Shown here piece after piece: positions 53,259 through 64,000 of a DNA stretch of 64,000 bases. Numbering within the stretch: position 1 is the stretch's first letter; each line of letters starts with the position of its first letter. Position numbers and translations under genes: made by a program. The notes under the pieces were generated by a model that had not been told where the DNA came from, did no database searches, and saw nothing but the letters and a program-made list of their open reading frames with translations. The stretch comes from Antedon mediterranea (taxonomy: Eukaryota; Animalia; Echinodermata): NCBI RefSeq assembly GCF_964355755.1, contig NC_092672.1:18365237-18429236 (forward strand). The letters run 5' to 3'.

Positions 53259-54274
53259 ATGAGTATCCGAAAGATTGTGAAGTTCGTCGTTGCCGAGCGA
53301 TTTAATAAAAGAGAGAGATGGTAGGCAGTTTATTCAAGAAGGTGTTGGCGGAAGGGAGTAATGAAGTTGTGGGGTGCTATGAAAACAATGTGAATAGTGC
53401 TGTAGCAGCGAAATTGTTGGAACTAGACATTCGCCAGCCAGTGTTGATAACGTAGGTATCAGAAAAAATAAATGTTTCGATAAGGCTGTCTGCGAAGTCG
53501 AAGGTAATTTTTTATTGTAATTATGTGTATTTTAGTTGATAAATGATCATTATTTGTTTTATGTGTTGTTGAGGTTGGATGAGGTATATTGGTATATTTA
53601 AAATTTTGTAATGGTGTATTTAATATTCTAGGTACTAACCAATGTTGGCGCCTTTCAGATAAATGAAGATGTGCTAAACGAATTTATACGGCCTAATTCT
53701 ATCTCGGTAATGGAGGCTAAAGGGAGTCTCCAAAAGAGACGGTTTTCTTTAGAAGGAAACGTTTTAGAGGTAATTGAATTTAATATATTCTTGTACAGTA
53801 GATGTACGTTTGTGTATAATGTTTTTTAAGCATATCTACTTTAGACTTTGAGTTAGTATGAATATGTTATGATGAAGTGCTGAAAATGAAAATGAGCGTT
53901 AAATGTGACAATACGTTTGCGACTTATTTTGTATGCGAATCGCACTGAATAAGAAAATATAAGTTGGTGTTATTGTTACCAACAAATTGTATATTTAATA
54001 TGAAAAATGTGGTAAATGTTATGTTTGGTTGAAATGTTTATATTAAATATAGTTTTATTTTATATATGTAGGTAGGTGAACTGGTGGAAACACCGACGTA
54101 TAAAAGGAGGTGTTTAAAATTGGGCACCGAAGGTTGTAGCATTGCTGTGATGTTGTGGGGTGAGGTCGCTGTGGGTGTTCCAAGCAATCTGAAATCATGT
54201 GATGCTTGATTTCTGCTGTTGAAGTCGAGGAGGAGAATTTCAAATTGAAAAGCTCTCTTTCCACTGTTGTGGAG
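53259..54274 (+). pseudogene. Second spliced OB-fold-like gene, copy 1
   Basis: Exons ~53259-53503, 53632-53770, 54072-54274; RRFSLEGNVLE|VGELVETPTYKRRCLKL...IAVMLWGE. Confidence 0.55.
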
Positions 54275-54313
54275 GTCAGTTTAATATTTTGAGATAAAAC
54301 AACAGAAAGAAAT

Positions 54314-54557
54314 TGTAAACAGATGTGATATTTCTAAGTATCATCTGTACTCATAGCACAGGTATACAATTAGCACCTTGTGAGCATCCTGTGTAACCAC
54401 AATGAATATTACTAATCATTTTATACCAGTAGATTAGAATACTGTACTATTAGTTAAGTTACTTTCACTTGTACATTGAACATCAAAAAATAAAGATCAT
54501 ATTAGTATTAGAAACTACGTCTCGTGTATATTTTATAAACATAACAATAAGTTTACA
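54314..54557 (+). repeat. Gypsy LTR followed by a tRNA-Leu-type primer binding site
   Basis: TGTAAAC...GTTTACA perfect 7-bp terminal inverted repeat, followed directly by TGGTGTCAGA at 54558. Confidence 0.8.
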
Positions 54558-54588
54558 TGGTGTCAGAGGTGATGGAATTTTAAGCAAA

Positions 54589-55481
54589 ATGGCTGAAGGA
54601 CCTTACTTGAAAGCGCCGTCAGAATTGAAGGTAATGTTGCAGGTATGAAAGTAAAAGTTTAAAATTTTTATGATTGCAAGTGGACTGGACACTAAAACGA
54701 CAAAAAAAAGTCATGTGTCTATTAAACATAATCGGTAAAAGAGGTCGAGCGATTTATGATACATTTCGCTTTGAGAATGATGCTGATAAAACGAAGCCAC
54801 AAATTGTTCTTAAACGATTTGAAGATCACTGTGTGCCTAAAGAAACGGAAATTTTAGAGCAACACCAGTTCTACTACCGAAAAAAAAAGGATGGTGAAAC
54901 AGCTAACCAACTGGCAAGTGCTCTGCGAAAGTTAGCAGAAACCTGTAACTTTGGTGATTCTGAAGATGGTATCAATCGAGACCAACTATTAAAAACGATA
55001 AAAATGTCTAAAAAAGCTAGAGACAAGATAATATGAAGAAGAAAATCTGACTTTGGAGAAAATGCTCAAGATTCTAACTATGCACAAGTTTAAACAAATT
55101 AAAGAAACAACACCAGTTGAATCGCTCACTGATATGGATGAAGTTAATCATCGCAGACAACAATACAAGCGACGTGAACAAACATTCAATTGTAAAAAAT
55201 GTGGTCGACAACATGGACCAAGAAGTTGTTCCACATTTGGTAAAAAGTGTGTAAAATGCCAAAAACAAAACCATTTCGGAAAAATGTGCCGTACACGCAA
55301 TAAAATTGAAACAGTCAACTCTAAGCAATCGTTTAAAGTGGACACTGGTGCACAATGCAATATTATAACTAAGAAGGCTATTAATGATTTAAAGAATGTT
55401 ATTAAAATTGAGCAAGTAAGGTTATATACTTACATCTTTTACAGGACACAGAATTACTCCTGTGGGAAAATTTACTGCTGA
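54589..55481 (+). pseudogene. Gypsy gag + protease fragment
   Basis: LLNIIG..GRAIYDTF, LRKLAETCNFG, two Cys/His knuckles, FKVDTGAQCNII. Confidence 0.88.
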
Positions 55482-56481
55482 CAAGTAACGAATGTGCACA
55501 GTTTTATACACAAATTATAAAAGAAGAAAATGAAATTGATTCATGTTGAATGTTGAAGCTGGTTTTTTTTGCTTTTGTATTTTGTGAAAATATCAGATTT
55601 TTTTGTAATTGTTACATATTTCTTGTGCAGGTCAGGATATGTTTTTCTCACTGATGACGGTACTGAGTACTTATTGCAAGAAGGACATATTAAAAGAAGT
55701 GGCAAGCAACATTTTAGGTGTCTGGTCACTGAAGTGTAAAAGCAAATAATGTCATTGGACATTATTGACCAAGAAGGATTATGCGATGAACAATTGTTAT
55801 TAAAGTATATTTATTGTTAGCTATAGAGGTAGCTTTATTGTTTTCTAATCTATAGTTTTAACATACACTATAAACTATATATACTTATTTCCCAAGAATA
55901 AAACATAGCGACAATGTATTATTTTTTCTATTTAGATTGCAACTGTTTTCAACTAACCACATGATGACGTCACGACATCCAATATACAACATGAATCATA
56001 TTTACAATTTACAGCTTCTAAATAATAAGTTTAAATTACGTGGGTAACTTTTCATTTCGAGGAGTTATAATATTGAAATACATCACCTGGAAAATGTTAG
56101 CCTGTCTTATTATTAGCAGCTATTTCCAAATTGATTATAACAATAATTCTAAATCGTGAGAATTTGAAAAAGTTTCTCAACCGAGAATCGAACCTACAAA
56201 ATTCTGTTTGATAAAGCAGACCATTATATTTGATGGTGAAGTTAAAAGTTGAGAATTTGTAATGTTTATAATATATGGCTAATGTAATGGGAGTCCAATA
56301 CAGGCTGTCAGTTCAAATGATAACAATGATTGTTGCTAGATTTCAATGTCAGGAAGTTTATCTTGAGGTGAATTCCCATGGGTTATATTACAACATTATT
56401 GCCTGTAGAAGTTTGATAGTGATACACTGTAAACTGTAAGTATAAGTCATTTGTTGTGTGGATGTTACTGTAACTGTTAGG

Positions 56482-57497
56482 ATGAGTATCCGAAAGATTG
56501 TGAAGTTCGTCGTTGCCGAGCGATTTAATAAAAGAGAGAGATGGTAGGCAGTTTATTCAAGAAGGTGTTGGCGGAAGGGAGTAATGAAGTTGTGGGGTGC
56601 TATGAAAACAATGTGAATAGTGCTGTAGCAGCGAAATTGTTGGAACTAGACATTCGCCAGCCAGTGTTGATAACGGAGGTATCGGAAAAAATAAATGTTT
56701 CGATAAGGCTGTCTGCGAAGTCGAAGGTAATTTTTTATTGTAATTATGTGTATTTTAGTTGATAAATGATCATTATTTGTTTTATGTGTTGTTGAGGTTG
56801 GATGAGGTATATTGGTATATTTAAAATTTTGTAATGGTGTATTTAATATTCTAGGTACTAACCAATGTTGGCGCGTTTCAGATAAATGAAGATGTGCTAA
56901 ACGAATTTATACGGCCTAATTCTATCTCGGTAATGGAGGCTAAAGGGAGTCTCCAAAAGAGACGGTTTTCTTTAGAAGGAAACGTTTTAGAGGTAATTGA
57001 ATTTATTATATTCTTGTACAGTAGATGTACGTTTGTGTATAATGTTTTTTAAGCATATCTACTTTAGACTTTGAGTTAGTATGAATATGTTATGATGAAG
57101 TGCTGAAAATGAAAATGAGCGTTAAATGTGACAATACGTTTGCGACTTATTTTGTATGCGAATCGCACTGAATAAGAAAATATAAGTTGGTGTTATTGTT
57201 ACCAACAAATTGTATATTTAATATGAAAAATGTGGTAAATGTTATGTTTGGTTGAAATGTTTATATTAAATATAGTTTTATTTTATATATGTAGGTAGGT
57301 GAACTGGTGGAAACACCGACGTATAAAAGGAGGTGTTTAAAATTGGGCACCGAAGGTTGTAGCATTGCTGTGATGTTGTGGGGTGAGGTCGCTGTGGGTG
57401 TTCCAAGCAATCTGAAATCATGTGATGCTTGATTTCTGCTGTTGAAGTCGAGGAGGAGAATTTCAAATTGAAAAGCTCTCTTTCCACTGTTGTGGAG
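56482..57497 (+). pseudogene. Second spliced OB-fold-like gene, copy 2
   Basis: Duplicate of 53259-54274; lacks the TAG seen in copy 1 (ACGGAG vs ACGTAG). Confidence 0.55.
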
Positions 57498-57536
57498 GTC
57501 AGTTTAATATTTTGAGATAAAATAACTGAAAAAAAT

Positions 57537-57850
57537 TGTAAACAGATGTGATATTTCTAAGTATCATCTGTACTCATAGCACAGGTATACAATTAGCACC
57601 TTGTGAGTATCCTGTGTAACCACAATGAATATTACTAAACATTTTATACCAGTAGATTAGAATACTGTACTATTAGTTAAGTTACTTTCACTTGTACATT
57701 GAACATCAAAAAATAAAGATCATATTAGTATTAGAAACTACGCCTCGTGTATATTTGATAAACATAACAATAAGTTTACATGGTGTCAGAGGTGATGGAA
57801 TTATAATAAGCAAAATGGCTGAAGGACCTTACTTTAAAGCGCCGTCAGAA
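57537..57850 (+). repeat. Duplicated Gypsy LTR + PBS + start of gag
   Basis: Copy of 54314-54623, truncated after GCCGTCAGAA. Confidence 0.8.
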
Positions 57851-60344
57851 AATGAAAAATTACATTTTAAATTAACTGTGATAGTTTAGAAACACTAGAT
57901 AGTTTTCAAATTGACTACACTTTTTGTTTTACTTGCCGTGAAATCATGAGTTTCAGATAGCAAACTTTCTTTGTGGGATTTTTTCGGAATGCTAAAGGCT
58001 TATAAACCATGATGAAATTTGTAATAATTATATGGGTTCCATCCATGACACCCATTTTCCCAAGTTTCATGAATGTGAAACAAAATACTTTACTTAACAT
58101 AGGCAGCTCCTACAGTAGGCCTACACCTGAACAATGTAGGCCCGTTTAAGAGTGGTGTAAATTAAATAGGATAAATTTACTTAATTATTTACTTTACTTA
58201 TACATAGGCCTACATGATCAAAAAACCACAATAACCACTTCAAAATTAAATGTAAAATTTGTTCACCCCGAAAACAGGACAGGTGTTGAGGATAATCGTG
58301 GTTGTGGGGGTGGGTTTAATTTTTTTTATGAAATCACTGTTTATATATATTTCGTTCTTCTTATATCTAAGATTTTTCATAAATCATGAGTTCAGAGTGA
58401 GTACTTTATATTTATATATTTGTTTAAACATATTTATTACTTTGTCAGCCATCAGAGGAAGAAGATAGTTCAAAAGATGAGGGCTGTACAAACCCAAGTT
58501 TATCACCATGTCCACCACCGGCGTATCCAGGATTTTGAAGTTGGGGGGCCGGGAATTGCCAATTTGCCGACAAAATTGGTGTCATTATCTGTACATACAC
58601 GACGTCACTGATCAATATATGTTCTAGGATTACATAGTCATATTGTCTTATATGGGATAACGATGCAAAATTAAAACCAAACCAACATTATCTGTTAGTA
58701 TGTTGTATTCATATTACAATAATGAAAGAATTAGGAAAATCTGATTTGTAGTTTTCGAAATATAGGGTCTAAAACATCGCCGAAAATGATCGTTTTTAGC
58801 CACGAAAGAAGTAAAACAATTTGCGGCCTCAGTCGACAATTCTATTAACTACGCCATTTTTGGTTAAAATAATTACATATAAATTACGTTTTTTAGTAAT
58901 TTATTTTATATATCACCATTGGAAATATCAATAAAACATGTTATTAAATGCTTATAAAATATATAAAGTTGTTTACTTAACGGAATTCGGACAAATTCAT
59001 TGCTCTAACTTTGTGTAGTAACGATCAGAGAGATTCATGGTACACGCGCGAGAGAAAACATTCCGCTGCGGGTGATTCGCATCCACCAATCAAATCAGCT
59101 AGAATCCTAAATCATTCAACCGTGAGCAATGCCAATCGCGAGATAGAAAGCTCAGCTTTGATTGGCTTACGATGACATCATATCACAAAATGGTGGTTTT
59201 GTAGTTGAGCCTCATGGAATATTCTGTTCCAAAAATGAAATACATGGATATTTTTTATGGTATGTGCTTTTTCTTTAAAAATTTTGAATAAAAAAGGCCT
59301 CATATCGAGAAAAAACCGGGTTTTTGGCACTTATAATAAATATATCTTAGACAAAAAACCACATGGCATGTGGAACTATATAATCTCTTAGCGTAGGAAG
59401 ACATACAAATCCCAGGTCATGAGAGGCTCAACTGCATGCAAAAACAAGGTTTTAGGGTAAGGTCAAAGAATATATATCACAAGAATGAGTATTCCGCGAT
59501 TTTTGCATGAGAAATTTGTAACAGAGAGCTCCAGAGAGTGATGCCCGCCCTCATAAGGGCGGATGTATACATACTAAATAAGACTTGATTTAATAGATAT
59601 TATACATGTCACATTAAATAGAATTATGATAATAGTTTTGCAATTGTAAACTATTTTATAATACATATTTATTAACAAACTAGTGTACATTCACTTTTAC
59701 AGACAATTATTTACTAACATGCTAAGTTAGTTCACAAAAAAGGCCTAACACAGCAACACCAAAAGTCAACAAATCGTTACTCAGCACGGCCTATTCTTTA
59801 CCATTACCCGTGTACTACTCTACGCCCGGTAAATTAAGTATTGTTTTTATGATATAAATTAGTATAAGATACATGTTATTAATAGGAAAAAATGTTAAAT
59901 GTCATTAACATTTATTTGTTTTACCAGAAACAAGTTAAATATAGGAATATTATTAAACTATCCTACGTGAAAACGCGTAAACACCAACACGCCCGGTCAC
60001 GCTATCGTAGCGCCCGGTTGATAAAGCAAACTGTTTATACGGCAGTTTTTACTAAATAAATTCCATAAAACGAACAATTAAATATCTAAATAGTATTTAA
60101 CATGATGTTGGCATGTAGTTGATAACATTTTTTATCATGAAAATACTACCGGTGGTCCAGCCTTTGATTAGTGAAACCGTCACAAAAAGTTGTATACGTC
60201 CCAGATACATCCACACTTATGGCGGCGCCCTACCACATGGACAATATTACTGTTACAGGGAAAATCGCGGAATACTCATTCTTGTGATATATATTCAAAT
60301 TTATACCAATCTCTACTGAACAACCAAGAACAAGAGGAAGACCA

Positions 60345-61883
60345 ATGACACACTACCATCCACTCCTGAAAAAGGAGAAAGATATGATTTCAACGGTTCA
60401 TAAAATTCTTCCAAAAGAAATTGCTAAATCAATTTGTCAAACCGGATCAAGGTTAGCTCATTTGTATGGATTGCCTAAAACACACAAAGAAAAGTTATCT
60501 ATGAGACCAATCTTGTCAGCAACAGGTACCTACAATTATAAATTAGCTCAGTGGCTGGATGAGAAGTTGAAACCGCTATCCCAGAACGCATATACAATAG
60601 ATGATGTATTTAGCTTTGCAGCTGATATACGCTCCACCGTTATTAATGCTAGTGATATTTTGGTATCATATGATGTCTCGTCCTTATTCACAAATGTTCC
60701 TTTAACCGAGACAATTCAAATTATTGCTGATAAAGCATTTACTAACAACTGGTTCAATGATAATTATGGACTAAACTTAGATAAGGACGATTTAATTGTA
60801 CTCCTCAATATAGCAACGAAAGATCAGCTATTCCAATTTAATGGTAACTTGTATGAACAGGTTGATGGAGTTGCAATGGGATCACCTCTAGGGCCTCTTA
60901 TGGCAAATGTATTTATGTGCCACATCGAGGAACGCCTTGAATCTACGAACCACATGCCCAAATACTACAAACGGTATGTTGATGACACACTAGTATTCAT
61001 GCCAAATCTAGAAGCAGCCAATGAATTTTTAGCTTTACTCAACACAACCCATCCTGCGATAGCGTTCACAATGGAAACTGCCGTGAACAATTCAATCCCT
61101 TTCCTAGGAATGCTGATAACCAAAGATTTGGAAAAATTGCACACACGGGTTTACAGAAAGCCAACAGACACAGGCTTATTGCTACACTACAATAGTCACG
61201 TTGACAACAAGTATAAAAGGTCACTTATTATAACTATGTTAAATCGGGCTTACAAACTATCGTCGACCCACCAGCTTTTTAATGATGAATGTGAAATTCT
61301 AAGGAAGATTTTTAAGCGTCTGAAATATCCAGATGAACTAATAACAACAACCATACAGAACTTTAAACCAGCAGAGAGCAATAACAACACTGCAGAAGAT
61401 GAAACAGATCTATCCGAAATACCAGTGCGAATCATCCTGCCATTCAAAGACCAGAAATCTGCGAACTCCGTCAAGCGACAACTATGCCAACTAAGTCACA
61501 AGATAAACAAAAACATTGTCCCTGTATTCATAAGTAAAAAAGTTAAAGATAACATTAGGAAAGTCGAAAAGAAACCAACTATTATAAGTCAACAATGTGT
61601 TGTGTATAAATTTAAATGTGACTTGTGCGATGCAAGTTATGTTGGATATACATGCCGACACCTCTACCAACGCATTGTTGAACATAGTAGATGCTTAATA
61701 GGACAGCATTTGAAGGATCATAAAGTGATTGTTAATCCCAGTAAAATTAATTCATGTTTTAGTATACTTAGGAAATGCAAAAACAAATTTGACTGTCTTA
61801 TCTATGAAATGTTGTATATCAGACAATTAAAACCTAGTCTGAATAAACAAAGTGACTCTGTAAAAGCTAAGCTTTTCATTTGA
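60345..61883 (+). CDS. Penelope RT + GIY-YIG endonuclease (frame open from the truncation point)
   Basis: LYGLPKTHK, RPILS, SYDVSSLFTNVP, GVAMGSPLGP, RYVDD, FLG, YRKPT, VVYKFKC..C..SYVGYT, E...I..LKPSLN. Confidence 0.95.
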   Translation: MTHYHPLLKKEKDMISTVHKILPKEIAKSICQTGSRLAHLYGLPKTHKEKLSMRPILSATGTYNYKLAQWLDEKLKPLSQNAYTIDDVFSFAADIRSTVINASDILVSYDVSSLFTNVPLTETIQIIADKAFTNNWFNDNYGLNLDKDDLIVLLNIATKDQLFQFNGNLYEQVDGVAMGSPLGPLMANVFMCHIEERLESTNHMPKYYKRYVDDTLVFMPNLEAANEFLALLNTTHPAIAFTMETAVNNSIPFLGMLITKDLEKLHTRVYRKPTDTGLLLHYNSHVDNKYKRSLIITMLNRAYKLSSTHQLFNDECEILRKIFKRLKYPDELITTTIQNFKPAESNNNTAEDETDLSEIPVRIILPFKDQKSANSVKRQLCQLSHKINKNIVPVFISKKVKDNIRKVEKKPTIISQQCVVYKFKCDLCDASYVGYTCRHLYQRIVEHSRCLIGQHLKDHKVIVNPSKINSCFSILRKCKNKFDCLIYEMLYIRQLKPSLNKQSDSVKAKLFI

Positions 61884-61971
61884 CAGGATGTTAGACAATA
61901 TGTCTTTTGTTATTTAAACTTTGACCCTTGGCTTGTGCTACTTAATTAGTTGTTGTTTTATATTTTATTCA

Positions 61972-62014
61972 TTGGACTTGATAATGACCCCATGATGGAG
62001 TCGAAACGTCGTTC
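61972..62014 (+). ncRNA. Variant minimal hammerhead-like motif in the Penelope 3' pLTR
   Basis: TTGATAAT-GACCCCA(TGA)TGGAGTC-GAAA-CGTC, with a palindromic ACGT stem III. Confidence 0.5.
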
Positions 62015-64000
62015 TCTTTTAAGCGTTATTTTTATATTATGTATATATTCTTTGGTAAGGTCAAAGACTTTTGAGTAAACAATCTACCGCGTACGGCCGT
62101 ACGTACGTGCTACACATTTTCTACGTGTTTCGTTAGATGTAATGAAAATAAAAATAGTTGACCTGAAGGGATCAATGATGATATGATATGTAAATAAACA
62201 AACACTCAAAAGAATTATGTTTACAGTTCAATTATTGTCAGAATAAATAGTTTATTTTTTTCCCCGGCACCTTTGTTTGCCGACGGCCGCGATGATGTGC
62301 CGACGGAAACGAAATCAGGGGGAGCCCGGGCCCCCTCGGCCCCCCTACTGGATACGCCACTGACCACCACCACCACCACCAATGGCAGAAACCCCACATC
62401 GTAGTAGTAGTAGTAGGCCTAGTACTCCTCAGAGTCAAAGTTCTGACGATCGTGAGAAAGGTATACTTTGTTTACATTTTTTAGGTCTCTTGATTTATCA
62501 TTTATAATAACACTTCTGCAAATTGTTTAAACAGTAATAATTATTTCCCTTTTACACTTGGAAACTAATTTTATTTTGCGCTATACACAGTTAAAACCAT
62601 TACCATTAATTGCTATTTTATTATTGTAAATATGGTATACAAAATATATTTAAAAAAAATAAAATTTAACTGTTGTCATATCTTGCAGGCTTTCATATAA
62701 CCGTTTTTAAGGTACTGGAAAAGCTATCAAACAGCATTAATGACGTGAAAAAGCAGGTGGAGCGGAACACGTCGCTGTTGTTAGAGTTACAGACAGAAAA
62801 GGCCAGTGATATAGCTCAAAATACAGAAGAAGAAACCGAGACATACGGACTTCCATTGGATTCTATAAACGATATGGAAGAATTCGAGAAGAAGCTGGAG
62901 GATAAATAATTTTCAAAGAAAATAGTAAGGGAAATAATATGCATTCAATGGTTTCAAATATTATGTAAATGTCCTATAAGTTTTTAAAGTGAATTAGATA
63001 ATAAACACACAAATGAAGTTAAAATATCAGATCCGTTGTGGAAATCAAGTATATAGGCCTACTAATAAACAAAATGAAATTATAAATTATTATCTTACAG
63101 ATTTCTCAGTTAAGTTTGATTGGTGGCCGAAATTTGGCCGAAATTGGAAAATCTATTCTGGCCCACTTAATGACAAACAAGTTGGCCATGAAATATAATT
63201 AGACTGGTCAGAAAGACAAGAGCCAGTTAAACAAACTTATCTTGGGTAAGTGTACAATATTTTAAACAAAGACAAAAAGATAAGATTTATTTTCATAATG
63301 TCCTAATTATTCTAAATAAAGACGTTAAGAAGCAAGTTGAGAGCAACACATCGCTGTTATTAGATTTGAAAACTAAAAAGGCCAATAATTGATTCAAAAC
63401 ACAAGACATTTGGACTACCTTCGGGGAATTGGAAGATTTTGTGAAGAAACCTTTTTTATATTCAGTGTTCGAACAATTATAACATGTGAATTGAAAAAAT
63501 AATTGACTTGCTAGTGATAAATAATCTAGGATGTTTTTTTTTAGCCGCTGTTTGGAAAAACAGACAAACAAAAGAGGCGACAAAGAATGAAGTGAAAGCC
63601 GTCATTGTTAAGTTTCTAACAAACGCCCGGGATAGAGATGGAGGACGCAACAAACGGCAAAATCCAGAAGAGCAAGAGATAGGCCTATAGTCTAATTGAT
63701 CATTTTAGCAGCCTATTTTTTTTTTATAATTGCAATAAATTCTTGAACTTTTTTTAAATCTGTATAGTAAAATGTCTTGAATTTTGTCGCTTGAAATTAT
63801 AGCTAGGATATTTACAATTGACCACGATGTTTAAAACAAGAGCATAACCATAAATTGTACTTCCAGTTGAAAAATTACAGAAATTATAATTATTTAATGA
63901 CTTCTATACCGTTGGGATATGACATTCAATAAAGGTACGCAACTGTAATTTTTCTAAAACCTCGTTTTATTGGATTTTTTCCTCTTTTTTGGCTTTTTTC

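Larger units (their letters stand above)
51908..57850 (+). repeat. Recent tandem segmental duplication (51908-54623 vs 55485-57850)
   Basis: Near-identical blocks; identical ORFs at 54055 and 57278 (offset 3223). Confidence 0.95.
60297..62041 (+). mobile_element. 5'-truncated Penelope-like retroelement with 9-bp TSD TATATATTC
   Basis: TSD at 60288-96 and 62042-50; uninterrupted RT + GIY-YIG ORF. Confidence 0.92.
59465..62053. mobile_element. Mutator-like MITE with 9-bp TSD GGTAAGGTC; right TIR split by Penelope
   Basis: TIR AAAGAATATATATCACAAGAATGAGTATTCCGCGATTTT; reverse complement at 60261-60296 + 62051-53. Confidence 0.85.
58516..62362. mobile_element. Non-autonomous hAT-like element hosting two nested insertions
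   Basis: CACCGGCGTATCCAG ... CTGGATACGCCACTG termini; degenerate 8-bp TSD (ATGTCCAC/ACCACCAC); interior paralogous to 25775-25913 + 31408-31680. Confidence 0.7.
58449..63690 (+). pseudogene. 3' exons of the DUF4806-like CACTA-associated gene (58449-58515 + 62371-62460, 62689-~62925, 63101-~63246, ~63531-63690)
   Basis: PSEEEDSS..CP|PPPPMAETP; FHITVFKVLEKL..LPLDSINDMEEFEKKL; LSLIGGRN..LMTNKLAMKYN*TGQK; IVKFLTNARDRDGGR. Confidence 0.7.

Noticed and set aside
12295-55481. Gypsy pol at 12.3-14 kb and gag at 54.6-55.5 kb as a single element
   Set aside because: Wrong order, and their adjacent LTRs differ in sequence.

Overview
AT-rich eukaryotic DNA, probably from an invertebrate animal (inferred from the spliceosomal introns and element families). 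It consists almost entirely of nested, mostly degenerate transposable elements, and I see no convincing host gene. A CACTA/EnSpm-like element (transposase at the left end, DUF4806-like second gene scattered from ~10.6 to ~63.7 kb) appears to frame the window. Inside it lie CR1-like and Rex/L2-like LINEs, a Kolobok remnant with a nearly intact spliced KolX (P2X7-ballast-like) gene, three Gypsy remnants, two Academ elements, a DIRS element, a Helentron tail with spliced OB-fold (RPA-like) genes, two Penelope-like elements and several TIR MITEs with readable target-site duplications (TSDs). The most unusual signal is a convergent pair of large hammerhead-ribozyme-like RNAs (33464-33700 +, 36094-36340 -). 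Each has an intact core, a long stem III and two extra hairpins inserted between stem II and GAAA. Family assignments rest on motif recognition by eye, not on database searches.
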